From Raillietiella orientalis (Eukaryota), in the NCBI GenBank assembly GCA_036172245.1, contig JAYWIR010000018.1, forward strand, positions 1,612,001 through 1,676,000: a stretch of 64,000 bases of DNA, in the 5' to 3' direction. Shown in pieces: positions 23,699 to 34,219 of the stretch (positions are counted from its first letter, which is position 1; every line of letters begins with the position of its first letter). The notes beneath the pieces are model-generated. The model was given only the letters and a program-made list of their open reading frames with translations, ran no database searches and was not told the DNA's origin. The position numbers and the translations under genes were made by a program.

Positions 23699-25527
23699 CG
23701 AAGACTACGATTTCGGAGCTCGCTTTTCATAGATCCACAGCACGCCCAGCTCCACAGAACCGGGGTGTGGCTCTCGCACATACGGATCGAGGAAAAGCCG
23801 CGTCCTGAGTTGGACGGTCATCCGGCCGCTTCCCAGACAGAACCAGGGGCCAGCCGCGCCTGCCGTGCCGCGCACGCTGCCTTCTCCAGCTCGCCTCCGC
23901 GAGCGGCGCCCACGAGAAGCGGCGCAGCTCGATGGGCTCTTTGGCGAGCCGGGAGTCGTTAAGGCACGCCCTCGCCCGCCGCGTGCCGAACGCCACGCCG
24001 CCGCCGCCGCCACGAGGTACAGCCGTACCTCGTGGCGGCGGCGGCGCGGCGTTCCCGGCCACTTGCCTCACGTCGCCGGGGGCGCGGCGGCGCACGGGAG
24101 AGGAGGCACGGGCGGCGGCCAGAGTCGACTCGAGCCCCCCCCCCCCATTATCCGGAAGGGGCACGCGGCTCCCCGGCGCGTCGCGGGGAGTCTCCCAAGG
24201 CCCTGCCCTCGAGATGCCTCGGCGGCAGCGCCGGAAGCAGAGCAGCGAAGAGTGCCGGGAGCAACGGACCGCGCCCGTCCCTTCAGCAGTGGCTGCCGTC
24301 GGAACGTCCCTCGGCGCCTGGCACCCGAGCAACGTACTCGAGAGGCCTCGCGCGAACCGGGAAACCGAGCCGAGGCACCGAGGATGGCGTGCGCCGGCGT
24401 GCGGCGCAACCGGGACGCGCATCGGGATCTCGTTCCGGGTCACTGTCCGCCATCGCGAGCAGCCTCCAGCAAGCTTCCGACCCGATGGCCGGATGGTCGA
24501 CATCGGAGAGCAGCACGCCCTCCAGCAGCATCCACTCCACGTACCAAGTTTTTCAGACAGAAGAAGAAAGAAAATGCAGAGTTGCGTGTCTCACCGTGCC
24601 TTCCAAGCTCAGCCGCGGGCGCCTGAAGCGGAGGCGATGGTTCCGCTCGCCCGAAACCTCTCTCTGGCGATCGATCGATCGGCAACCTGGTCTGGTGGGT
24701 TCCCCAGCCCCTTAGGGGTGAGCTCGCGTCGACCTCTCTCCCCGCGCGCGTCACCATCGAGAAATTCCCTTCGATCCTCTTGCCCACCTAGGCTTCCGCT
24801 TGCTGGGGCCCAGCAGTCGCGATTACCGCAGTCTCTTTTCGCATGGAGCGCCATGGGTTCCTCCCGGACTGCTCCCCACTCCGGCACGAAAAGCTCCCCG
24901 GTAGCCGGGAAGAGAAGTGATAGATAGGGGGCAACCGTTGCGAATCCGGCAAGGCTCGGGAGGAAGGAGTCCGTTCCTCTCGCGCTTGGTAGGGGACCTC
25001 GAAGGGAACCATCTCTTCCTTATTCTCCCCGGATGGAGCTCCCTCCCCCCTCCCGGAGACAGCCACTCCTCCTTTCTCCTCCGAAGGGAACCCGGAAAGG
25101 ATCCTCTCTCCTGGAATTTCTTCCCCGGGGGGCGCATGCAAGGGAACCGCTCCTTGTTTCCCTTTCTTCCCCTTTTCTCTTGCTTGCGATGGGACGTTTC
25201 CAGGTTCCCGCACCCTGGGTCTCAGAGCTAGCCGGAAGGAGGGATCCTGTGTGCGGAGATGTGGATCTTGAAGAGAAGGGGGGGACGATTCTCCGTGGAA
25301 ACGGATAGAGAAAAAAATGAAAATCAAAAAGACTTTCCGGCAACGACTCGCAGCTTTCGATGATCTCCGTTCGGCCGGCAAGCGTCTTCAGGCCGCCCCC
25401 AGAGTCATCTTCTCGTCCCGAGTTGCCGTGCCGTTTAATCAGAGTAAATAAATGGGAAGAACAGAAAAAAAAATGGATTTTGTGAAGTGGGGTCATGCAG
25501 CTTCCGACCTGTGGCAAAAGGCTTTCC
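23699..25527 (-). repeat. Inverted duplication IR1, arm B
   Basis: Reverse complement of 10377-12205. After a 9-nt insertion (25528-25536), another 21 nt (25537-25557) match 10356-10376 exactly; similarity then fades by about 25590. Confidence 0.98.
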
Positions 25528-26089
25528 GACCTGTCCTCTCACTGGGACCACAACAAGAGGAGGGGGGGGGCGCATCAGCGAATGAGCCGGATGGTGGGAA
25601 CTGCGGAGAATCCTTTCCTCTTCCCAAGGATTTTCTTGACGCAACAAAATCGTGATCGAATTTCGAGGTGTTGACTTTAACAATACTCGAGGAGGAAGGA
25701 TGTTAACTTTCAAGTCGTGAAGGACACCACCGTGCGCGTCGGTGGTTCTGGAGATGCATTTTGCAATCAATGACGTCAGTGACGTCACTGAGGTTCGGAT
25801 CGATAGTCTGCACGATCTCGTAAGAGGGGCCACTTTCTTTTCCAATGAAGGCTTACGCAGACGAGGAAGGCCTTCCCACCTGTCTCTGTTGGAGAAAGCA
25901 CGTTCCGGAGCGCTTGTCGCACACCCGGTCTCCTACGCAACCAGAAGGAAGAGCTTAGTCAGCGGTGCCGTTCGAAGGAAAGGACCGAAAAGGAAATCCC
26001 GCAAGAGCTTCCACATCCGTGAATGGAAACCCAGCATCGGCCCTTAAGAAGGGGACGAAGCCTCCCCTGTGGAAGCGCCTTCCTCGGTG

Positions 26090-26360
26090 CCACCAGGAGG
26101 CAGCTTGTCCGAAGTGCAGCGATGGGGGCCGGAGGTTTCAAGCTGGATGGCCCTGTCGCGAGGCTGCCCTCCTCAACTACAGCAAGCCAGGAAGACTCCA
26201 ATGCTCAGAGAGCGAGAATGGAATCGATGAGGCGAAAGAAGAGGGGCGGAGGCAGAAGGATGCCGCGCGTGGTGCTTTCCACTCTCGCTTCCTCCAGGAG
26301 GGACGGGATCGAGGTTGTTCTCTGGCTGGTTGACGAAGGAGCTCGCTGGAGCTCCAGAAG
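26090..26360 (+). mobile_element. Possible Gypsy gag zinc knuckle and aspartic protease relic
   Basis: CPKCSDGGRRFQAGWPC in ORF 25965 (degenerate CX2CX4HX4C), followed by VVLWLVDEGARWSS in ORF 26023 (cf. LVDTGAxxS). Confidence 0.4.
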
Positions 26361-28005
26361 CAACGGCGCGCGACGAGTCGAGGCTGGTAAACCTCATCCT
26401 GAGATGGAGGTGAGCAGAGAGGGGAGGCGCCACCCTACGATGGGCTGCAGGTTTGTTTGAGCACAACAACCGTGTCAAAGTCATTCCATCACGTTGCATT
26501 CGGATGCGGAAACCGCAACTCTTCCATCGGTTTCTTTGGTCTGAAATCAGTGTCCCCAAACTTCATCCAGAAAAGATCCCTTGCGTGTCAACGAAGAAAT
26601 TCAGATCAAAGAAAGGCATACCATACCTCTATGGTATGACTTTCTTTGCATTGGTTTGCCTTTTCTTTTCATTGCACGATTGGCGCTCGGCAACGCTTTC
26701 GCAGCCTGCAAGAGGAACTCAGGTTTTGGACTCATCTGCTGCGTTCTGTCGCTCCTTCACGGGAATATGCTACTCGGGTTCATCTTGTTCGATGAAGTTG
26801 TGTGCCTCTACGAGTTCAGGTGATTGACTACTTTGCATCCTTTGCTTGCTGCTGCAGTGATGCGCTACTTCTGGAGTGCTGGTGTTTGGGTGCAACGATG
26901 CTCTCAGTTTCGACTTCTGGGAATGCATCGAAAGCTTAGTGGTTTCGAAACCATTCATCTCGAAAAGAAAGGAAGAAAAAAAAACTCAAACGTTCATCTT
27001 CCTTTTATTGGAGCTTATTCTTGAAAAACTCTCCAGAAATGCAGTTCGATGACTTCTCTCTTGGTTGCGGCAGAATACTGCCTGAGGCGAATAAACCAGG
27101 AGCAAGAAGAGCTGACGGTGGTAAGGGTTCCGTGAGACCCCTTGAAGAACTGTACTGAAATTCAGAATGGGAACGGAGGCGGCTGTGCGCTTCTTCTGCT
27201 CAACATAATGCGCTTCAGGAACTGGTGAAGAAGAGAAAAGTGAACGGAGGGCGGTTGGACAGGCAGCCCGGGTAAAGGTCGGAGGCAGCCACATGTTCTT
27301 CTGATTTCCCTGTGGGCCTTCTGAACATGAAGCCGAAAAATACTCAAGATGGTTTTGCATCAGAGACTGCCCCAGAACTGGGCCACATGTGGAGAAGTGG
27401 AGTCCTTCCACGCGCCTGTTACCGGATTGTGTTGCTTTCTGTCACGAACGTGGGAACGTTTCGCGGCAGCCCCCCAGCTCCCGGTGGACAACTCCAGAGA
27501 CTTGCTAAAGAGGGTCGCGGCAAACAAATCAGTTTCACCCTGCAACGGAGATCTCAACCCTCTGCTGTCTTCGTGGGATGGTCGCGGCACGCAGAAATCC
27601 CATTCCCATGATGAACGCCTTCTTGAGGAGGACGAAGAGATGGCTTTGACTAGTGAATTTAAAGGAGAAACTGATCTTCCACAGGATTCGGAGGAAGCAT
27701 CTCGTGCTTTCTTTCCTCCATCTTCACAGGCAGGAAGTCCAGGGTACTTCTATCTCAGACAGCCATTTCTTTTTCAGAGGGCAGAAGGAAAGTCCATCTC
27801 TCTCTCTCGACTGCTTGATCCTCAGATTTCGATCCGTGAAACTTTTGCAAGTAGTCACAGGAGTGGTGTTTCTGATCCCTTCGCGGAGCCTGAAGAGACA
27901 GGGCGTGCCCATTTCTCTTCTCCCTTGTCTCTAGAAAGCAGCAGGATAAAACCTATATTCTAGCGCTGATTCTACTCTTCACTAATCATCTTTTTCCTAC
28001 AAAGG

Positions 28006-28623
28006 TGATGCTCGTAGAAGGAATAAAAGGAAGAAAATTAGGATAGGATCCCGACTCAATGAGCCCCGAGGGCTCGTTGAGTCGAGATCCTTGAGTTAAT
28101 CACTTTTCACAGTTCCGTTCCCAAGCGGATATAAGCTAAGGCTATCCGAGGTGCGCGAGACCAGCCGCGTCGGGGTAACCAACTTCAGAAGGGAGTGGGT
28201 CCTCCATGGGTGAGTTCACGAGATCAGACGGAGGAGAAAGGGAGCACTCGAAGAGGAGAGGATACTCCGCTAGTCTGGAAAGACAAGGGAACAGCAAGTC
28301 CGGAGATGTAAAGCTAAAGAAACGGAAAGATGAGCTAACGTTTTTGCGGGAAGCTACCTCCATTATGTGATGCATTCAGCGTGGAGATGGAGATCTCTGT
28401 TACTCCGCACAAGTCTTCCAAATCTAAGCTGCTATTGCAAGAACTTCCCTTGTCGAGATTCCGTTGACGTATGGAAGATTCAAGAAGATACGAGAGAAGA
28501 AAGGACGCTCGATGAATGTGATCAGAACTGGTTTCTATGGCTGCGGACCCACGGACTCCTGTCTCCCCAGGAAATACCTTCGTGGCCTGATGTTCGTAGA
28601 AGGAATAAAGGGAAGAGAATTAG
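28006..28623 (+). repeat. 36-bp direct repeat pair (28006-28041 and 28588-28623)
   Basis: TGATGCTCGTAGAAGGAATAAAAGGAAGAAAATTAG vs TGATGTTCGTAGAAGGAATAAAGGGAAGAGAATTAG, 3 mismatches. Confidence 0.85.
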
Positions 28624-29649
28624 TGCTCGGCCCAGTGAGCACTCGAACTACCGTGTTGCCTCGCTACCATATTGCTCCTCGCAGCCTGTCTCAAAAGCAG
28701 CTCTCCACATCTTCCTCTTTGCGTGAGGGAAGTATTTTGAAACAGACAAAATGATAATCTGCGGCATCCAAAGTCTTGCAAGAACGTAATAAGGTGTCTT
28801 TTTAGGTAGGTTACCAGTCTCTCACTGGCATGCTCCATATCAGCATCCGATCTCGGCTTTGATCTACCGACTAGCATTCTTACCGCAAGCTGGTTCCTGA
28901 TGCAGTTCTGCCAGTGTTGCCCAGTTGTCAGTGCACTGCCTCAGTGATTTCACGTTTTCGGAGACTGAGGAATAGAACGTTCGGAAACTTCCACGTTCCA
29001 AGAGACAATCGTTCGATTGCGTCTTGACGTAATCTTTCTGGATTTCCTGCAGCAGACTTTTGGTCGGTTTCTGCTAACACTCTGGATCGTTTTCGGGGAC
29101 TGTGAAAGATGCCTTGAGGCGCCAAAGGCCACAAAAATGGCTTCCTTCCTATGACGGAGGGACCAGCCCTCTACATAGGCGAGAAACCTTGAGCACTGCA
29201 TCTGCTTGAGAGCTGCCCAGCAATGCTCTCCTCTGCACCGTAGGTCTGCGGTGAGAAATTTTCTCCGAACATCCTTCCGTTTCCGTTCCCAAAGAACGCT
29301 AAAGTTCCACAATAATTCTCCCACGCCTACGAGCATTCGCAGGCTTCAGTTTAAGGTCATCGAGCGAGCCGTGTGGGTGTCGGAGCGCGCATGTGCGGGT
29401 GCGCCCCGTGCCCTCGTTTTCTTGGTCTCGGCCCGAGGACACTTCCATCCCAGGAGTACGCGATATGGCTCTTCGGTCACGCTTGCTGGCTTCTCTTCGT
29501 CGTCTCACACTTTCTGCGATCCAGAGAAACTTCCGGTTTTCGCGTGCAGCGTCCGTTCACCACACCTTGAGGGCTGACACCGCATTCCTGATCAGAGAAA
29601 AGGAAAATCCACCTAGCGGTTCCGTGGAAACGCTTGCGTAATCCATGAG

Positions 29650-31480
29650 GTCACGACTCGGAAAGAGATCTACAGCGATAGTACTGGCATCTTGATACAT
29701 CCGGCCCTTCGTTCCGGTAGCACCAGCGCTTCCGGTGGTCGCGTTGACTGTTCTTGTAGCTCATGTTTGGAAGGAATCCATTCCCACGAAGAAGGCAGTG
29801 TTCCTTTTCCTTGTGCCGGGATCCGGGAACGAGTCAGCAGAAAGTCAACCGTCCTTTCGGATGCGAAAATTCAACTAGTGTTCTCTATCCACGCATGTCT
29901 GTTGACCTTTGAAAGAGTTTCGAGACGCTGTCTTGATAGCTTTGATTCCGTCCAGGTGATGGGAGATCGGTTGAGATGCTGAAAGAGATCCGTGGATTCC
30001 CTTACAAGCCGATTTTCTTTTCCTGACGAGTGTGCACGAGCCATCCACTACGTCTCGTGTGCGGATCCCCTTGCATCCTTCGATCTGGCTGCAGACTGCA
30101 GCTTCCGGCACGAATCCAGGTTTCTTTTCTGGTTAACAAAAATGTGGCTTCACAAGGGTCGTCAGATTACTACCAGTATGTTTTTGGTTCGGTCAAAAGG
30201 AACAAGGAAGTCAGAGATCCCCTCATCAGCTGATGCTGCTAGACGAAGAGGACCTTGGCTGAGTAGTAGCAAAGTTTGCAGGCATTGGATTCACTTTTCA
30301 TCTGGAGAATGCTGAAGCCAGAGGGGATCCACAATCATCATCAATCATTTTCTTTTGTTCTATTTCTTCACTTTCAAAGGAAAAATCCACCCATCTAAGC
30401 TTGGCTTTCCCAAATTCCTTTCTTGTTAGTCCGCGATCACTATAAGTGTCTTTAAGCTCGGCCGCAGGAATTTCATGATCAACCATCATCAAAAATGACT
30501 CCTTCATCATTTACCATGTTGTTCTCTAGATAAAAATGACAGTAAGAATGCAGTAATTGACAATGAAGGAAACCGCCTTCTTTGTGTTGCTCCAAAAACC
30601 TTGTTTCCCTTGTCATTATGATCACTTTGGGGATCATTGTCTCTGCAGAAGGTTAGACATTAGACCAGTCAGAGGCAAACGGAGAAACGACGGCATTGTC
30701 AGCAGCAGCAGAGTGGTATTAGCAGGGATTTCGTTGCGAACACTGCTGCCTCCATTGCCAGTGATCACGGCGTTCTAAGCAGAGCACTCCGCGTCAGGGC
30801 CGCGGTCATCGCGGTTGATGGTGCCGTGCATGCAATATGACACCTGAGCTCCAAAAGAGTAAAATGGAGGCGTCCAATGGGGAACAGAACTGGGCTGACA
30901 GACGCGGATATACCTCATGCGTCTTCTCCGCACCATCCAGACGAGGAAACATTCCCAGAGTGGAGGAGTTCCGCCTGAGCTCTTGAATGAGCTCTCACAG
31001 AGGGATTTCCTGGAAGGAAAAGGCATGCTGTATATCCGCAGCTTTCGCGGAGAGTCTGTGGCGGAAATTCCTCCCATTTTGACCCTGCCCCGTTCCTCAA
31101 GATTCTAGCCCTCGTTCACAGCCTCCGAGTCCGCGACGTAGTGAATGTCCCCCGAGGAAGAACCAATCCAAGCTCGAGGATGGTTTGCTCCCCAGTGATA
31201 TCTCCGGATGTCACAACGAGAGAAGTATCCGAGCAACCTTGTTTGCGTCTTCTTCTGAAGGCTGCACGCCTTCCTTATTTGCAACACTACAGGCAAAGAG
31301 CTGCTGCGTGCTATGATTCACAATGTATCATTTCCTAGAATTACCTGACGCAACGGCTGGCGGTCAGTTTTCTGAGAAGTCAGTTCCTGAATCCACTGTC
31401 ACGCTCTCGAAAACTCAGCAGCCATAGCGGGCGCGTAAAAAAAAAAAACGCATCAGCACCCTGATGGCAAAAGATATGCG
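29650..31480 (+). mobile_element. Decayed Ty3/Gypsy pol relic (RT, RNase H, integrase); may extend to about 32400
   Basis: KIQLVFSIHACLLTFERVSRRCLDSFDSVQVMGDRL in ORF 29692 (cf. KTAFxTxxGLYEFxRMPFGLxNAPxTFQRxMD). CRHWIHFS in ORF 29992. KETAFFVLLQKP..GDHCLCR in ORF 30557 (cf. KExLAIV..TDHxALC). LSQRDFLEGKGMLYIRSF in ORF 30917. Integrase-core-like ORF 31141. Confidence 0.65.
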
Positions 31481-32622
31481 AAGATCAGATTCTTCCTTCC
31501 CTTTTCTTTTCCAATTCCTTTTTTTGTGTGTGTGTGTTTTGCGGCTGGCTATTTAAAGCCACGTTCTTTCGTCTCATCCATTCCTTAGAAAGTCTGATGT
31601 GGATCAGACGGAGAGGTGGAAACTTCCGATCCGCTCGCCTGGTCAGCCGAATACTGTTGAGTCCCCAGTGCAAGAAGTGCCCTAGCCATTGTTTCCTGCG
31701 GGAGGGTTCCGTGGTATGTTTCGCAGATCCCCGAACGAAGGGTTGGAAAGCTCGACGACTCTCTCCCGTTCCCTAATCTCTTTGAAGAGAGCAAGATGGC
31801 AAGGTTTTTCCGAAAGGAGTCAATGACTTCCACCGGTTTGTCCCGTCTTATCGTTCGTCTTGCGCACAATCGCTCCACTGCGGAAGCAGCGGAGAATTTC
31901 CCTTCGCCCCCACCTTTTGTTGCACCTCCCGTCAGCATGCTTTGCGTGTAGCGAAATTTGGGCGCGTGAGTCCTTTTTGCCGCCCGCTTCGCCGTCAAAG
32001 TGGCCATTGCTAAAGGAGGAAGGATGCCTGCAGGTCGTGATGTGCATCAGGAGTCGACAACGGAAGACCTCAGTAAGAAACGAAGGAGGTCATTCTCGAA
32101 CTCCAGTCTTTTGCATATTGGGTGTAGAACTTTCCATTTTCTTATGGATTCGGCGAGCAAATGACGTAGACACGAAGGGCGTTTTTGCAGTTGCGAGTGA
32201 TCTCTTCTCTGCTTCCCTCCCTCCTCCTTTGCATTCCTTCATGATACTGCTGATCACGAAAGCTCGGGTCGCAGTGTTCCCTATTGACACTTTCGAGCAC
32301 AGCAGCTGGAGACGACGGATTCCGCGTATCTCTGATGGACATCATGAGCATCGATGTGATTTGTGGTTTTGGTCCCTCTGTGCGTCTCTGGTGGACGCCT
32401 GGAGAAACCGTCGCCATCGTGACCAGCCTCTTTGGAAAATTATTGTGCAAAGCAAGATAACCGACTGGGAGCGACGAAGAGATTCCTAATTCTTCGTTTG
32501 CGCCCCTATCGGTACATGGCTCTGGTCAGCGACGCACTGTCAATCAGCGCAGCAGGTTCCTGCAAACGCTGGGGTTTGGAAGGGGTTGGTGCGTCATTGA
32601 AGCTCCAAGGCCCGTGTTGGCA

Positions 32623-33230
32623 GCCGTGTAGCTGCGGTCTCGTCCGCGCGTGGTACCACGAGTTGCGGGTTCGAATCCTTCATGCTGATGATAGAGGCCA
32701 CGACATGAGTGCGTCGTGGGTTTCGAGTGACCGCCGCAGAATGACACTGGCTGGCCTGCACGCTTCGGGTTCATCAATGCAGGAAGCCAGATGCCCCCGT
32801 TGACCGGCCGAGATTGGAAGTTGACCTTCCGAGGTCTTTCTGGAATCAAGGAGAGCCGGCTCCCTTCAGATTTCCTTTCCAGTTGTGAAAATAAATCTGC
32901 CCCCCTCCCCCTTCCCTTCAGGAGAGACTCTCCATCTCGTACCATGAAGATGGTGAATTGATACCTCTCCAGAGCATCAAGAAGTGCGCTGCTTCCTTCG
33001 ACGAGTTCCCTTCAGAGAAATTGAGAAGCGTCTGTTCCGGGTTCTCTTCAGAAGAGACGGTAGGCGGTTTCCTTACCAGAGTCCTCCGGAGATAAAATGA
33101 GGCGTGACCCCCTTAGGGAGGTGCTTCCTGAGAGAATAGGGAGGAGACTCCCTTAGGCGTTTTCTGCTGGGATGTCTCCCAAGCTCCAGAGGAATAGACC
33201 CCCTCCAGAACCTTCCTGGATCCATGTGGT
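32623..33230 (+). mobile_element. tRNA-headed SINE-like repeat, near full-length diverged copy e
   Basis: GTAGCTGCGGTCTCGTCCGCGCGTGGTACCACGAGTTGCGGGTTCGAATCC (box B at 32668-32678). Body includes GATTGGAAGTTGACC and ends CCTTCCTGGATCCATG. Confidence 0.7.
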
Positions 33231-34219
33231 GGCTTCTACAGGATCACCCCCTATAAATTAAAGAGCCACACGTACCCTCAGGTGGCGTTGACATTGTCAA
33301 AGAGTTTCTTGGGTTCCCCCTCCTCCCTGAGGAGGCGAATGATTCTTCAGCACTCGGCGAAGAGGAGGTGCACCACGGATGCACTTGGTGCAACTCTGCG
33401 TGCTCGTGTACCGCGCCCAAGTGGTTCCAAACTATTTCCCGAGTCAAGGTAATTCATAGGCCTTCTTACCATGAACAGTCCTTAATGAACCTCTTCTTTT
33501 TGAGCCCTTTTCTTTCGATCCAGTGCTGGACAACACCACGTGTTAGGATACTTTCTGTCTCACGGGTAGCACTTGGGGTTTCGAGACTAAGGATCCGTGG
33601 ACTCAGTGCGACTCAGCAGGCTGCCTGTGCAAAAGATGACGTGGATCGCATTTGCGAGACGCGTGTGTATGAGAAGAGTCCTTCGAGGACGTCCTCAACC
33701 AACGCATCAGACACACAGGGCCTCATCGTCGAAAGACGCTGAGAACTGGCCATCTTCGGATCGAGAGGGCTGCTTCGGAGGAGATGGACTGGCTGGGAGC
33801 CGATGGACTCCAGACAGCCTGTAACTGGCGGGCATGGACTCCAAGAGTCGACCAGTTCCGCTGCTCCAGGAAGAATGCAGAGGAATCACGTCGGACATCG
33901 CTGCCCGCCCTTACGAAGACTCGGCAGGGGCTTTTGGAAGGGTCCAGACGGCGGGAGGAGAGAAAACATCGGGGAATCGACTCTTACGCTTCACCACCTC
34001 AGCGCGCGTAGCGCGGTAGAGTGGTGGAACAGTTGCAGATCTTTAGGAGACGGACGAAGCACCTCAAGAACGGAGGGCGTTGGATGTAATGCCACAACCT
34101 ATGATGGGAGTATCGGTGGAGCACCGTCCGCGGCATGGCAACTACCGAGGAAAGTTTCAGACTCGTCCGAAGGGAGAGACGGTGAAGATGTCTTAGGTGG
34201 AGAATCCGAACCTTCTACT

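Noticed and set aside
10377..25527. IR1 as the TIRs of a ~15-kb Maverick/Polinton, or as DIRS inverted terminal repeats
   Set aside because: No polB, ATPase or capsid ORFs in the spacer and no TSD seen. The arm lies in the middle of DIRS coding sequence rather than at its ends.
33784..33845. MDWLGADG as the retroviral protease LGMDWL motif
   Set aside because: It lies upstream of the zinc knuckle (34231) and DTGS (34645), the wrong order for this element; probably chance.
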